Shown here: in pieces, positions 1 through 11,355 of the stretch | Numbering within the stretch: the first letter of the stretch is position 1 | Layout: every line of letters starts with the position of its first letter | From: a bacterium | GTDB lineage: Bacteria; UBA8248 | Direction of reading: 5' to 3' | DNA: 64,000 nucleotides | NCBI GenBank assembly: GCA_965213625.1 | Contig: CBDBZU010000004.1 | Span: forward strand, 1,664,001 to 1,728,000 | Program-made: the position numbers and the translations under genes | Notes under the pieces: generated by a model | Databases searched by the model: none | The model's input: the letters and a program-made list of their open reading frames with translations, nothing else | What the model was told of the DNA's origin: nothing

Positions 1-678
1 TACACCGCCCACGTCGGCGCAGATGGGGACATCTCCGGTAAGCCCGGCAAGCTGCCCATCTCGCGCGGCGTGCCGATCGCCAAGGCGATGGCGGATGGCG
101 TGCTCATCGCCTTTGGCCAGAATGGCGGCCCGATTCATCCGATGAACGGGGCGCCGCTGCGGCTCGTTGTCCCCGGCTGGCCGGGGTCTTGCTCGCAGAA
201 ATGGCTCCGGCGCATCTATCTACGAGATGTCGTGCACGATGGCCCCAAGATGACGGGGACTTCCTACCGCGTGCCGCGATACAGGATCGAGCCGGGCGAG
301 AAAGTGGAGGAGAAAGATTTCGTCATCATCGAGCGGATGCCCGTCAAATCGCTGATCACCCACCCCGCGAACGGGGCGGCGTCGGGGCGCGCCGTGGAAG
401 TGCGCGGTCACGCCTGGTCGGGAGACCGGACGGTCGCCGCTGTCGACCTCTCCTATGACTTCGGCGCGACATGGATGCCGGCCGCGCTGAACGCTCCCGT
501 GAACGACGGCGCCTGGCAGAACTTTCGCGCAAATATAAGATTCCCCGAAGCCGGGTACTACGAGATATGGGCGCGGGCGACCGACAGCGGGGGGGTGATG
601 CAGCCCCACGCCATCGACTGGAACCCGAAGGGATACCTCAACAACACGATGCACCGGGTAGCACTTCGGGTGTCGTGA
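1..678 (+). CDS. Sulfite oxidase-family molybdopterin oxidoreductase (5' truncated by window edge)
   Basis: Frame open from base 1. Motifs HPMNGAPLRLVVPGWPGSCSQKWLRRI and C-terminal dimerisation domain (VKSLIT, GHAWSG, WARATD...QP...WNPKGY). Confidence 0.9.
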   Translation, partial: YTAHVGADGDISGKPGKLPISRGVPIAKAMADGVLIAFGQNGGPIHPMNGAPLRLVVPGWPGSCSQKWLRRIYLRDVVHDGPKMTGTSYRVPRYRIEPGEKVEEKDFVIIERMPVKSLITHPANGAASGRAVEVRGHAWSGDRTVAAVDLSYDFGATWMPAALNAPVNDGAWQNFRANIRFPEAGYYEIWARATDSGGVMQPHAIDWNPKGYLNNTMHRVALRVS

Positions 679-733
679 GGCGGCGCGGAGTAGAAGCTGA
701 GCGCTTCGCCGAAGAGGTGATGCTTAAGTTCGT

Positions 734-1903
734 CTAAATTTCAGACAGCTCCCTCAGCACGTCCTTGAGCGCCGCCTTGTCCTCCATGCCGAGTCCCGGC
801 AGGTCGGGGAAGCCGACGTAGCCGTCTTCCACCGCCACGCCGTCGGCGAAACCGTTGAAGGGCTTGAACACGTCGGGGTAGGACTCGCTGCCCCCCAGGC
901 CAAGACCCCCCGCGATGTTGAGCGATAGCTGGTGTCCGCCGTGGGGGATGAACGAGCGGGCCGACCAGCCGTGGGCCTCCGCCATTTCCAGCGTTCTCAG
1001 GTATTCCACCAGGCCGTAGCTGAGCGCGCAGTCGAACTGGAGGATATCCACGCCCGGCCGCATCCCCCCGTAGCGAATCAGGTTTCTCGCATCCTGGGTG
1101 GAGAAGAGGTTCTCCCCCGTCGCCATGGGATTGTCGTAGTGCTCGGCGAGTTCGGCCTGGAGCGCGTAATCGAGCGGGTCGCCCGCCTCCTCGTACCAGT
1201 GCAGTTTGTAGGGCGCCAGCGCTTCCGCGTAGGCGATGGCGGTTTTAAGGTCGAATTTCCCGTTGGCGTCCACCGCGAGATTCCGGCCCTCGCCCACGAC
1301 ATCGAGCACCGCCTCGATTCTCCTGACGTCGTCTTCGAGCGCCTCACCGCCTATCTTCATCTTGACGGTGGTGTAGCCGCGATCGAGATAGCTCCTCATC
1401 TCGTTCTGTAGCGCTTTCAAGTCTTTGCCCGGATAGTAATAGCCCCCGGCGGCGTAGACGGATACCTTTTCATCGCACTCCCCTCCGCGATAGGTATCCG
1501 CGAGGTGGCGGTAGAGCGGTTTTCCCTCGATTTTGGCCACCATGTCCCACACGGCCATGTCGATAATGCCCACGGCGACGGAGCGGTCGCCGTGCCCGCC
1601 GGGCTTTTCGTTCTTCATCATGCAGTCCCAGATTTTGGAAGGGTCGAAGTTTGATTCCGCCTCGTTGAGCAGCGACTCGGGTTCCGCTTCCTCGAGCCTG
1701 GGAATGATGCGCTCGCGCAAAAGCCCTTGCTGGGCGTAGCGTCCATTCGAGTTGAAACCGAAGCCGACGACGCGCTTTCCGTCACGCACAACATCCGTGA
1801 TGAGGGCGGCGACGCTCACCGTCATCAGGGAGAAATCGATGAACGCGTTTCTGAGGTCGGATTGGATAGGAACCACCGTCTCGCGGATGTCGATGATTTT
1901 CAA
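734..1903 (-). CDS. tarD: Mandelate racemase/enolase superfamily protein, D-tartrate dehydratase-like
   Basis: IxNAFIDFS, GFNSNGRY, NEKPGGHG, KMKIGG, DANG, YEE..DP and IPHGGH closely recall Bradyrhizobium TarD. TTG start after GGAG. Confidence 0.8.
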   Translation of the reverse strand: MKIIDIRETVVPIQSDLRNAFIDFSLMTVSVAALITDVVRDGKRVVGFGFNSNGRYAQQGLLRERIIPRLEEAEPESLLNEAESNFDPSKIWDCMMKNEKPGGHGDRSVAVGIIDMAVWDMVAKIEGKPLYRHLADTYRGGECDEKVSVYAAGGYYYPGKDLKALQNEMRSYLDRGYTTVKMKIGGEALEDDVRRIEAVLDVVGEGRNLAVDANGKFDLKTAIAYAEALAPYKLHWYEEAGDPLDYALQAELAEHYDNPMATGENLFSTQDARNLIRYGGMRPGVDILQFDCALSYGLVEYLRTLEMAEAHGWSARSFIPHGGHQLSLNIAGGLGLGGSESYPDVFKPFNGFADGVAVEDGYVGFPDLPGLGMEDKAALKDVLRELSEI

Positions 1904-2170
1904 GACGCTCTCCATTTTGGGGTGAATTCGATGTTTCGACCTTGCGATGGACGCGGCGATTCTACAGCTTATCCGGGGAAAAGGTGAAGCCGAACCGATG
2001 TCGCGGAAAGCTTTGAAACAAGCGGAGGGGAGATACAAGATCGGTTTTCCAGGGTCCGTGTAACAAATTCACAACAAAAATCGGGTATGATGGTTGCTGC
2101 ATCGTGACAACTTTTGATGGCTTGTGATTTTCTTCGTCGGAGGGGACGTGATTTTTCAGGCGGGAGAAAG

Positions 2171-4309
2171 ATGAATCAGCTGGAAGGGCGCCTGGGCGCC
2201 GAATGGATAGAGGGGGGCGTGCGTTTTTCCCTTTTCTCCGAGAACGCGGAGGGGGTCGAGCTTTGTCTGTTCGACGCGGATGACCACGGCAGGGAGACGG
2301 GGCGGGTTCCTTTTGCCCGGGAAGGCGACATCTGGCGCGCGGAGGTGGATGGCCTGGGGGCGGGACAGCCCTACGGATTCCGCGTCCACGGGCCCTATGC
2401 GCCCGCACAGGGGCATCGCTTCAACGGTTACAAGGTGCTGCTGGACCCGTATGCGAGAGCGATAGCGGGCGACGTCCGCTGGTGCGAGGAGATGTACGGT
2501 TACCGGGATGGCGACATCCACCATTTCGATGCAAGGGACAACGCACACGCGATGCCCAAGAGCGTGCTCGTGAATTCTTCCTTCGATTGGGAGGATGTCT
2601 CCCCGCCCGAAACGCCCTGGTCCGAGACCATCGTGTACGAGCTGCACGTAAAAGGCTTCACCATGCGGCATCCCGACGTGCCCGAAGAGCTGCGGGGCAC
2701 GTATTCTGGTCTGGCCCATCCTGCCGTGGTCGAATACCTGAAAGATTTGGGCGTAACGGCCATCGAACTTTTGCCCGTTCATCACCGGGTCTCGGAGCAG
2801 CGTCTCCAGACGTTGGGACTTTCCAATTATTGGGGATACGCGACGATCGGCTTTTTCGCGCCCGATGCGCGCTTTTCCAGCCGTGGAGACAGGGGCGGGC
2901 AGGTCGATGAGTTCAAGGAGATGGTGAAGACGTATCACCGCGCGGGAATCGAGGTGATTCTCGACGTGGTCTACAACCACACCGGTGAGGGGGATTTCAG
3001 GGGGCCGCATCTGGCGTTTCGCGGCTTGGACAACCGGGTCTATTACCGCGTGGACCCGAAGGATGAGAGCCGCTACATCGACACCACCGGCTGCGGCCAT
3101 TCAATGAACGCCTCACATCCGTCGGTCCTGCGTCTCATCATGGACAGCCTGCGCTACTGGGCGGAGGAATTTCACGTCGACGGCTTCCGGTTCGACCTCG
3201 CTCCCTCCCTCGCGCGCACCGGGAGGGGTTTCGACCCCGAATCGGCGTTTTTCAAGGCGATTGCGGACGATCCGGTCCTCTCGAAGCGCAAGCTCATCGC
3301 CGAACCCTGGGATTTGGGCGATGGAGGCTACCAGCTGGGGAATTTCCCAAAGGGCTGGACGGAGTGGAACGGTGAATTCCGGGACGCGGCGCGGAGTTTC
3401 TGGCGTGCGGATTTCAACCTGGCGGCGGAGTTCGCCACGCGCATGACCGGGAGCAGCGACATTTTCGAGACTAGCGGGCGAACCCCTCAGGCATGCCTCA
3501 ATTTCATCGCCTGTCATGACGGGTTCACGCTCGAAGATCTGGTGAGCTTTCAGCAAAAGCACAACGATGCGAATGGCGAGGGCAACAAGGATGGCGCGGA
3601 AGAGGAGCATAGCTGGAACGGCGGGGTGGAGGGCTCGACGGACGACCCCTTCGTATCTACCATGCGCGTGCGGCGAAAGAAGAATCTGCTTGCGAGCATG
3701 TTTCTCGCCCAGGGCGTGCCGATGATCCAGGCGGGAGACGAATTCGGCCGCACGCAGTCGGGAAACAACAACGCCTATTGCCAGGACAACGAGACCTCCT
3801 GGGTGGATTGGGCACTGGCGGAAAAGAACGAAAGCCTGCTTTCTTTCGTCAAATCCCTCATCCGCTGGACCAAAACCCGGCCGGCCTTCCGGCGTACGGA
3901 GTTTTTCCCGCAACAAAGCCCGGTCGGGGCGGACAAAGCCGAGGTTATATGGCTTCACCATCTGGGGCATGCACTACAGGCGGAAGAGTGGGATGTGCAC
4001 TACATGAAGTGTTACGGCTTCAGGCTGAGAGAAGAGGCAAGAGGTGATCTTTTTTCTCGGCATGTGGGCAGGAATCGTGATACTTTCCTGGTGCTCATGA
4101 ACGCGCATCATGAAGCCATACCCTTTGTTTTCCTCGAAGAAGACAGAAAGAAGAGATGGACAGTGGTGATGGATACATCCCAGGTCGATGAAAAAGGCTG
4201 GACCTGGCGAATTCACTCGGGCGATTCCTACCTTCTCGCCGGAGAGTCCCTGGCCTTGCTGAAAGCTCGCAACGAACCACCCGTGGCGCGGGGGGAAACT
4301 GTCACATGA
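2171..4309 (+). CDS. glgX: Glycogen debranching enzyme (GH13)
   Basis: [60 protein letters not shown]. Confidence 0.95.
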   Translation: MNQLEGRLGAEWIEGGVRFSLFSENAEGVELCLFDADDHGRETGRVPFAREGDIWRAEVDGLGAGQPYGFRVHGPYAPAQGHRFNGYKVLLDPYARAIAGDVRWCEEMYGYRDGDIHHFDARDNAHAMPKSVLVNSSFDWEDVSPPETPWSETIVYELHVKGFTMRHPDVPEELRGTYSGLAHPAVVEYLKDLGVTAIELLPVHHRVSEQRLQTLGLSNYWGYATIGFFAPDARFSSRGDRGGQVDEFKEMVKTYHRAGIEVILDVVYNHTGEGDFRGPHLAFRGLDNRVYYRVDPKDESRYIDTTGCGHSMNASHPSVLRLIMDSLRYWAEEFHVDGFRFDLAPSLARTGRGFDPESAFFKAIADDPVLSKRKLIAEPWDLGDGGYQLGNFPKGWTEWNGEFRDAARSFWRADFNLAAEFATRMTGSSDIFETSGRTPQACLNFIACHDGFTLEDLVSFQQKHNDANGEGNKDGAEEEHSWNGGVEGSTDDPFVSTMRVRRKKNLLASMFLAQGVPMIQAGDEFGRTQSGNNNAYCQDNETSWVDWALAEKNESLLSFVKSLIRWTKTRPAFRRTEFFPQQSPVGADKAEVIWLHHLGHALQAEEWDVHYMKCYGFRLREEARGDLFSRHVGRNRDTFLVLMNAHHEAIPFVFLEEDRKKRWTVVMDTSQVDEKGWTWRIHSGDSYLLAGESLALLKARNEPPVARGETVT

Positions 4310-6222
4310 GCGTTGCCCACTACCCCGCGCTTTCCTACATAACGGATTACGACATTTACCTGTTCAACCAGGGCTCCCACTTCACCTTGTACGACAAGAT
4401 GGGCGCGCACCCGATGACGGTTGACGGAGAAGAGGGCGTCCACTTCGCCGTATGGGCGCCGAACGCGGATTCTGTGAGCGTTATCGGTGATTTCAACGGC
4501 TGGGACGAAAACGCCCACCCGCTGGCTCCGGTGGAAAGCTCAGGAATCTGGGCGGGATTCATTCCGGGCTTGGGGACGGGAGAGGTCTACAAATACCGGA
4601 TTCACTCGCAGTTCGGCGATTATCGCGTAGAGAAGACGGACCCTTTCGGGTTCTACAGCGAGGTTCCTCCCAAGAGCGGATCGGTCGTCTGGAATCTCGA
4701 TTACGAATGGGGGGATGAAAACTGGATGGAGTGCCGGGGCGCGTGCAACGGCCGCGAAGCGCCCATTTCCATCTATGAGCTGCACATCGGCTCCTGGCGG
4801 CGGTCGCCGCATGGGGGGAATCGCCCTCTCACCTATAGGGAACTCGCCCCCCAACTCGCCGAGCACATGCATCACATGGGTTTCACGCACGCCGAGTTCA
4901 TGCCGGTGATGGAGCATCCCTTCAACGGCTCCTGGGGGTATCAGATAACGGGCTATTTCTCTCCGACGAGCCGATTCGGAACGCCGCAGGACTTGATGTA
5001 TCTCATCGATTATCTCCACCAGCGCGGCCTGGGCGTGATACTCGACTGGGTGCCCTCGCACTTCCCCACGGACGGACACGGGCTGGGCTACTTCGACGGA
5101 ACGCATCTCTACGAGCACGCCGACCCCCGGCGGGGGTTTCATCCCGACTGGCAAAGCCACATTTTCAACTATGGGCGAAACGAAGTCGCCGCCTTCCTGA
5201 TAAGCAGCGCCTTGTACTGGCTGGAGTATTTCCACGCCGACGGGCTGCGCGTAGACGGCGTAGCCTCGATGCTCTATCTCGATTATTCGAGAAAAGAAGG
5301 CGAGTGGATTCCCAACGAAGAGGGAGGCCGCGAGAATCGGGAAGCCATCTCTTTCCTCAGGCGGCTAAACACCGAGGTCTATCGCCGGTTCCCCGACGTG
5401 CAGACCATCGCGGAAGAATCCACCTCCTGGCCGATGGTATCGAGACCCGTCGATGCGGGAGGGCTTGGATTCGGTATGAAGTGGGACATGGGCTGGATGC
5501 ACGACTCGCTCGAATACATGAAAAAAGATCCTGTTCACCGGAAATTTCACCACAACCTGCTCACGTTCCGGATGCTATATACCTACAACGAGAATTTCGT
5601 GCTGCCGCTTTCCCACGACGAGGTGGTGCACGGCAAAAGCTCCCTGCTCGGGAAGATGCCGGGAGACAACGGACGGAAATTCTCGAACCTTCGCGCGCTC
5701 TACGGGCTGATGTTCGCCCAGCCCGGAAAGAAGCTCCTCTTCATGGGCGGGGAGTTCGGCCAATGGCGAGAATGGAACCATGACGGCGCGCTCGACTGGG
5801 ACTTGACCCAGGAGCCCTTGAGGGCGGGGCTGATGAAATGGTTGCGTGACCTGAACGCCTTGTATCACCAGGAGCGCGCCCTGTTCCGGAGGGATTACGA
5901 CCCGCGCGGCTTCAAGTGGGTGGCTGCGGATGCGGCTGATGACAGCGTTTTGGGGTTCGTGCGGATCGCCACCGAGGATGAACCCATGCTGCTCGTGGCG
6001 GCCAATCTGACGCCCGTGCCCAGGACGGACTACCGGATGGGCGTTCCTGCCGACGGCGATTGGGTCGAGGTGCTGAACAGCGATTCTGAGATTTACGGAG
6101 GCAGCGGTATGGGGAACCCCGAGGGCTGCCACGCGGCGGCGGCGCCGCTTAACGACCAGCCCTACTCGATAGAGGTCACGCTGCCACCGCTCGCGGTCGT
6201 TTATTTAAGAGAGACGCATTAG
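4306..6222 (+). CDS. glgB: 1,4-alpha-glucan branching enzyme (short form)
   Basis: [62 protein letters not shown] overlap with glgX. Confidence 0.95.
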   Translation: MSVAHYPALSYITDYDIYLFNQGSHFTLYDKMGAHPMTVDGEEGVHFAVWAPNADSVSVIGDFNGWDENAHPLAPVESSGIWAGFIPGLGTGEVYKYRIHSQFGDYRVEKTDPFGFYSEVPPKSGSVVWNLDYEWGDENWMECRGACNGREAPISIYELHIGSWRRSPHGGNRPLTYRELAPQLAEHMHHMGFTHAEFMPVMEHPFNGSWGYQITGYFSPTSRFGTPQDLMYLIDYLHQRGLGVILDWVPSHFPTDGHGLGYFDGTHLYEHADPRRGFHPDWQSHIFNYGRNEVAAFLISSALYWLEYFHADGLRVDGVASMLYLDYSRKEGEWIPNEEGGRENREAISFLRRLNTEVYRRFPDVQTIAEESTSWPMVSRPVDAGGLGFGMKWDMGWMHDSLEYMKKDPVHRKFHHNLLTFRMLYTYNENFVLPLSHDEVVHGKSSLLGKMPGDNGRKFSNLRALYGLMFAQPGKKLLFMGGEFGQWREWNHDGALDWDLTQEPLRAGLMKWLRDLNALYHQERALFRRDYDPRGFKWVAADAADDSVLGFVRIATEDEPMLLVAANLTPVPRTDYRMGVPADGDWVEVLNSDSEIYGGSGMGNPEGCHAAAAPLNDQPYSIEVTLPPLAVVYLRETH

Positions 6223-6264
6223 GCATTAGGCGGGGGTGGACACGTGTGTCCACTCCGGTTGTCT

Positions 6265-6900
6265 TTAATACAGTCCCGTCTTGTATCTCTCCTGGATTCC
6301 TTTGTTGAGTTCCTCTCCGTCGTCGTAACCGTCTTCGTCTATCTGATCGGAGAGCATCTGCCCCATCGAGGGAAACGACTTTCTCTCGATGTGTTTTTCC
6401 GCGTTCCAAAGGTCCGCGCGGATGAGGGCCTTGGCGCAGTGGAGATACACGTCTTCAATGTCGACGATCATCGCCGACAAGGGGAGTTTCCCCTTCACCG
6501 AGAGCGGTTCGAGGACTTCGGGGTCCGTGGTGATGCGCGCGCGTCCGTTCACGCGCAGCGTCTCGCACATGCCGGGCACCAGGAACAGGAGGCCGATGTG
6601 GTTGTTCCCCACGATGTTGCTCATGGTGTCGACGCGGTTGTTGCCCGGCCTGTCGGGTATGATCAGGGTGTTGTCGTCGATTACCTTCACGAATCCGGGC
6701 GGGTCCCCCTTGGGGGATGCGTCAGCACCTTCTGCCGTGGAGGAGGAAATGACCATGAAGGGAGAGAGCGCAATGAATTTCTTCGCGTGCTCGTCGAGTT
6801 TCGCCATCTGCTTCTTGACGCTGCGCTCGTTGGCCGGGCCGTAGTATTCGCGAAGCTCTTCTTTGTTTTCAATCTTCGATTCTGCCGTCGATTGCTCCAT
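6265..6900 (-). CDS. Pyridoxamine 5'-phosphate oxidase-like FMN-binding protein (MSMEG_1061 family)
   Basis: DASPKGDPPGFV, IPDRPGNNRVDT, LRVNGRA, YLHCAKALIRA.LW. Confidence 0.85.
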   Translation of the reverse strand: MEQSTAESKIENKEELREYYGPANERSVKKQMAKLDEHAKKFIALSPFMVISSSTAEGADASPKGDPPGFVKVIDDNTLIIPDRPGNNRVDTMSNIVGNNHIGLLFLVPGMCETLRVNGRARITTDPEVLEPLSVKGKLPLSAMIVDIEDVYLHCAKALIRADLWNAEKHIERKSFPSMGQMLSDQIDEDGYDDGEELNKGIQERYKTGLY

Positions 6901-6925
6901 CGAATCGTCTCCCTCCGAGGGGTTT

Positions 6926-7000
6926 TGGAGGCGCCACCCGGATTCGAACCGGGGAATAAAGGATTTGCAGTCCTCTGCCTTACCACTTGGCTATGGCGCC
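6926..7000 (-). tRNA. tRNA-Cys (GCA)
   Basis: Minus strand reads GGCGCCATAGCCAAGTGGTAAGGCAGAGGACTGCAAATCCTTTATTCCCCGGTTCGAATCCGGGTGGCGCCTCCA: acceptor stem, TTCGAA T-loop, GCA anticodon, encoded CCA. Confidence 0.95.
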
Positions 7001-7197
7001 GGGGTGTCGGGGTATGATGCCCGAAATCAAGAACCTTTATTATCCTATCTGAATCGGCGTTGTCCAGCGAGCGGCGGTTTTCTTGCTTTGTATAGGAACG
7101 GCTCGCCTGATAGTCGCGCGCGCGCGTTTTGGATTAGACTGGTTCCGGAAGCACCGTCCGGGAGGACGGGTTCTCACACGTTTTGAAGGAGGGGTTC

Positions 7198-8265
7198 ATG
7201 TCGGCGCATCCAGCAGAGCAAAAAGCGCCCGCGTATGCGGATTCCGCCTTCATGCGCGCCTGCCGGGGACTGGAGAACAACAGGACGCCCGTATGGCTCA
7301 TGCGCCAGGCGGGCAGGTATATGCGCGTGTACCGCGCCGTCCGCGAGAAGGTCTCCTTTATCGAACTTTGCCGCACGCCCGATCTGGCCGCCGAGGTGGC
7401 CATCACTGCGCTCGACGCCATCGGTGCTGACGCGGCCATCCTGTTCTCCGACATTCTGCTCATTCTCCAACCGATGGGTATGGACCTGGAATACGTGAAA
7501 GGAGACGGCCCCGTTCTCCACAACCCGGTCCGCTCCGCGGTGGACGTGGAGCGCTTGAAGGAAGCGGAGCCGCGCGGGAGCCTCGCCTTCGTGTACGAAG
7601 CGGTCCGGAAAACGAGGGAGCAGATGAACCCTGCGCTACCGCTAATCGGCTTCTGCGGCGCGCCCTTCACGCTGGCGTCCTACATGATCGAAGGCGGCGG
7701 CTCGCGGAATTTCGAGAACACGAAAAAGTTCATGTACGCCGATTCGGGCGCGTGGCACGCGCTGATGGAAAAGCTGGTGCGGGGGCTGACTATCTATCTG
7801 AACGAACAGATTCACGCAGGCGTGCAGGCGGTGCAGATTTTCGACAGCTGGGTGGGTTGCCTCTCGCCCGGGGATTTCAGGGAGTTCGTCCTGCCGCATA
7901 GCCGCGCGCTGATTGCGGGGATCGAAAAAGGCGCGCCAGTCATCCACTTCGGCACGGGAACCGCTCCCTATCTGGAAGCGTTCGCAGGAGCGGGAGGCGA
8001 CGTGGTGGGGGTGGACTTCCGGGTGGAGCTGGCCGACGCCAGGGAGCGTCTGGGCGATATGGCGGTTCAGGGAAACCTCGACCCGTGCGTCCTGTTCGCG
8101 GCACCTGAATATATCTTCGCGCGAGCGGAGGACATCCTGCGCCAGGGGGCCGTGCGTCCGGGCCACATCTTCAACCTGGGACACGGCATTCTGCCGGGCA
8201 CGCCGGTCGACAACGTCAAGAGACTCATCGAGTTCGTTCATGAATGGGAAGCGGAGGCCGAATGA
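7198..8265 (+). CDS. hemE: Uroporphyrinogen decarboxylase
   Basis: PVWLMRQAGRY, AAILFSDIL, GAPFTLASY, QIFDSW, QGNLDP, FNLGHGI. Confidence 0.95.
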   Translation: MSAHPAEQKAPAYADSAFMRACRGLENNRTPVWLMRQAGRYMRVYRAVREKVSFIELCRTPDLAAEVAITALDAIGADAAILFSDILLILQPMGMDLEYVKGDGPVLHNPVRSAVDVERLKEAEPRGSLAFVYEAVRKTREQMNPALPLIGFCGAPFTLASYMIEGGGSRNFENTKKFMYADSGAWHALMEKLVRGLTIYLNEQIHAGVQAVQIFDSWVGCLSPGDFREFVLPHSRALIAGIEKGAPVIHFGTGTAPYLEAFAGAGGDVVGVDFRVELADARERLGDMAVQGNLDPCVLFAAPEYIFARAEDILRQGAVRPGHIFNLGHGILPGTPVDNVKRLIEFVHEWEAEAE

Positions 8266-9224
8266 AGGGCAAGTTCGATTCCATCATCATGATCGGCTTC
8301 GGCGGCCCCACACGGGGTTGCTGCCGCCGTTATGAGGAATGCCCCGGCGAGGCGTATTGCTACGTGGAGGGAATTGTCGGCCAGAGGTCGGGCGGCCCCG
8401 AACGCATCAGAGAGGTGGCGGCGCACTATGAATACTTCGGCGGCGTTTCCCCTTTCACGTTTTTCTCCCAGAAACAGGCGGGCGCGCTCGAGATGGCGCT
8501 TGAACATGCGGGCGCGGGCGTTCCCGTCTACACGGGCTACCGGTTCTGGACGCCCTATGTGGAAGAGACTCTGGTCGAGATGGGCAGACGCGGGCTCAGG
8601 CGCGCCCTGGGCGTCATACTGGCGCCGCATCGCACGAAAATAAGCTGGGAGGCCTACCGGGGCGCCGTGGCGTCGGCGCGAGATGAGCTGGGCGGCGATG
8701 CGCCCGAGGTCGAATTCCTGGAAACGCCCTGGCACGAGCATCCGGGCTTCATCGACGCCATCGCCGACAGGATAGGGCAAGCCGCCCCGGAAGAGGGTGA
8801 TGTGGACGATGCCAGGGTTATTTTTACGGCCCATTCCATCCCGGTTTCCATGGCCAAGGCCTCTTCTTATGAGGTGGAATTCCGCGAAACGGCGGCTCTC
8901 GCGGCGCAAATACTGGGTTTGAGCGGCTACGAGGTCGGCTTTCAGAGCAGCCCGGACGTTCCTCCCGGAACCTGGCTCGGCCCGGACGTGACGGAGGTAA
9001 TCGGAAGCGTCGCCACAGGCGGCGTAAAGGCCGTCCTGCTGGTCCCGATCGGTTTCATATGCGACCACGTGGAGGTGCTCTTCGACCTGGACATCGAGGC
9101 GCGGGTAGCCGCCGAGTCGGCGGGGCTTCGCTTTTATCGCGCGCCCACGGTGGGTACGCACCCCGCCTTTATCGAGATGCTCTCTGCGTTGGTGCGCGCG
9201 AAGATGGCGGAGAGCGGAAGTTGA
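8262..9224 (+). CDS. hemH: Ferrochelatase (coproporphyrin/protoporphyrin) with N-terminal Cys-rich insertion
   Basis: GFGGP, HY..FGGVSP, FTAHSIP, FQS....WLGPD, PIGFICDHVEVLFDLDIE. ATGA overlap with hemE. Confidence 0.9.
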   Translation: MKGKFDSIIMIGFGGPTRGCCRRYEECPGEAYCYVEGIVGQRSGGPERIREVAAHYEYFGGVSPFTFFSQKQAGALEMALEHAGAGVPVYTGYRFWTPYVEETLVEMGRRGLRRALGVILAPHRTKISWEAYRGAVASARDELGGDAPEVEFLETPWHEHPGFIDAIADRIGQAAPEEGDVDDARVIFTAHSIPVSMAKASSYEVEFRETAALAAQILGLSGYEVGFQSSPDVPPGTWLGPDVTEVIGSVATGGVKAVLLVPIGFICDHVEVLFDLDIEARVAAESAGLRFYRAPTVGTHPAFIEMLSALVRAKMAESGS

Positions 9225-10657
9225 CCCGGAGCGCCCGGCGGGTGGTCGTGCTTGGCGGGGGGGTGACGGGGCTCACCGCCTGCTACCGGCTCCTCCAGGC
9301 CTCCGGGAAGCAGAATCTCTCCCTGGAAATTCATCTCATCGAGGCGTCTCACAGGCTCGGCGGCATCATAGAGACCGAGTTCTCAGACGGCGTCCTGATG
9401 GAAAAAGGCCCCGATTGTTTTCTCACCTCCAAGCCCGAGGGCGTCGAACTCTGCGAAGAGTTGGGACTCGGTGATCAGCTCATCGGCACGAACGAGCGCT
9501 ACAGGCGCAGCTTTGTTCTGCGGGGCGAGGAACTGCTCCCCGTACCCCAGGGGTACTATCTTCTGGCGCCTTACCGCATCGGCCCGTTCATGACGACGCC
9601 CATATTCAGTCCGCTCGGCAAGCTCAGGATGGCGCTGGACGTTCTTCTTCCGCGCAAGAGGGATGATGCGGATGAATCCCTGGCGGATTTCGTGCGCAGG
9701 CGATTCGGGCGCGAGGCGCTAGAGAGAATGGCCCAGCCCATGGTGGCGGGCATCTATTCGGCAGACCCGGAAAAGCTGAGCTTGAAAGCCACGATGCCGC
9801 AGTTCCACGAGATAGAGCGCGAGCACGGGAGCATCATCACGGGACTCAGGAAGCGGATGCAAAAGCGGAGTTCGGGCGAGGGTGTCTCTGCGAGCGGGCC
9901 GAGGTACGGCCTGTTCGTGAGTTTCGAGCGCGGCATGGGCGTGTTGACTGACGCTCTGGCGGAGAAGATTTCAGGCGCATCGGTCCGGACGGGCTGCCGA
10001 GCGGAGGCGCTCGAAAGATTCGAGCGGGGCTGGCGCGTTCATCTTCAAGACGGAGAGGTGATGGACGCCGATGCGGTATGCGTCACCCTGCCGCCTAACG
10101 CTTCGGCGCGGATGCTGGAGAAAGCCGCGCCTGAAATCTCGGAAGATTTGATGAGCATACCCAGTGGCTCTCTAGCGACGCTCAACCTGGTATTCCGCGC
10201 CGAGCAGGTGGCGAATCCACTCCACGCCATGGGTTTCGTCGTCCCTGCGATAGAGAACAAGACGCTCCTTGCGTGTTCGTTCTCCAGCACCAAGTTCCAG
10301 GGCAGAGCGCCCGAGGGACGAGTGCTCATCCGCGCCTTCGCCGGAGGCGAGGCCGCCTCCCGTGCGGGACTCACGGATGATGAACTCGCGCGCAAGCTCA
10401 TCGATGAGCTTCGGCCGATTCTGGGTATCGCCGGGGAGCCTCAAGGAAAAGTCTTTTACCGCTATGAGGAATCCCTGCCGCATTATCTGGTGGGCCACAT
10501 GGATAAGGTGCGAAGAATCGAGAACGAACTCGAAGCGACGCCGGGTCTTGCCCTCGCGGGCAACGCCTACCGCGGCGTGGGGATTCCCGATTGCGTGAAA
10601 TCGGCGGGCGAGGCGGCGGATAAGATTTTGGGCGATTTGCGGGCTATCAATCCGTAA
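9221..10657 (+). CDS. hemY: HemY-type FAD-dependent copro/protoporphyrinogen oxidase
   Basis: GGGVTGL FAD motif, RLGG, EKGPD, GIY..DP, P.Y.VGH, GNAY.GVGIPDC. TTG overlaps the hemH stop. Confidence 0.9.
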   Translation: MTRSARRVVVLGGGVTGLTACYRLLQASGKQNLSLEIHLIEASHRLGGIIETEFSDGVLMEKGPDCFLTSKPEGVELCEELGLGDQLIGTNERYRRSFVLRGEELLPVPQGYYLLAPYRIGPFMTTPIFSPLGKLRMALDVLLPRKRDDADESLADFVRRRFGREALERMAQPMVAGIYSADPEKLSLKATMPQFHEIEREHGSIITGLRKRMQKRSSGEGVSASGPRYGLFVSFERGMGVLTDALAEKISGASVRTGCRAEALERFERGWRVHLQDGEVMDADAVCVTLPPNASARMLEKAAPEISEDLMSIPSGSLATLNLVFRAEQVANPLHAMGFVVPAIENKTLLACSFSSTKFQGRAPEGRVLIRAFAGGEAASRAGLTDDELARKLIDELRPILGIAGEPQGKVFYRYEESLPHYLVGHMDKVRRIENELEATPGLALAGNAYRGVGIPDCVKSAGEAADKILGDLRAINP

Positions 10658-10780
10658 GAAAAAAGAGGACAATAGTGGAAATGCGCTCAGGGTACTGGAT
10701 TGTTTGACCGGGCGCAGCCGCATTTGGTATCAACGGCTGCCTGTATTTTTTGAATTTTTATTCCCCGCGGAGACGTTTCG

Positions 10781-11281
10781 ATGTTCGACGATGAGATGCA
10801 ACGCGATTTTCATAGGCAGGTGAGCGAGGAGATCCGCATCATCCAGAGGCCTTACGTGGGCATCGTGTCGGGCTATCATGAACTCGGCTACCGGGTACTG
10901 GGACCGGAGATGGAAGAGCAGGCGGGCTCGGTTCAGATATCCGGTAAGCTCCTGGTGTCTCCCAAACTGGTATGGACGCCGGCCGAGGCGCAGAAGACGT
11001 TCGGCGAGATTTTCGAGGATTCCGAAATGATGGATTCCGATCTCATCGGGCGCGTGTTCGCGTTCCCCGCCATGGCGGCGGGCAATTTCAACATCGAGAA
11101 CGAGCACCTGAAAATTACCCACCACGAGTGGAGCCCGGAAGTTCTAGCGGAAAAGGTGCTGAACGAACTCGCGCGCCTGGAGACCACGGACACCGCCGTA
11201 GTCCGCACGCCGGACATCCGGTTCTACCCCCTCGCCGTCCAGCGATTCATCCACGAGATCCTGAAAGAGGAATTTTCCTGA
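10781..11281 (+). CDS. Hypothetical protein (166 aa)
   Basis: GGAG RBS, host-like codon usage, no recognised domain. Confidence 0.65.
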   Translation: MFDDEMQRDFHRQVSEEIRIIQRPYVGIVSGYHELGYRVLGPEMEEQAGSVQISGKLLVSPKLVWTPAEAQKTFGEIFEDSEMMDSDLIGRVFAFPAMAAGNFNIENEHLKITHHEWSPEVLAEKVLNELARLETTDTAVVRTPDIRFYPLAVQRFIHEILKEEFS

Positions 11282-11355
11282 TCCGTGCGGCGCAACTACG
11301 GCGGAAACCGCTCTCGCCTCCAGAGCAGGAACAATAGGTTCAGGGATTTTCCGTT

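Noticed and set aside
6926-7000. tRNA-Cys as an integration site
   Set aside because: I saw no duplicated tRNA 3' end or adjacent integrase; the flanks are housekeeping genes.
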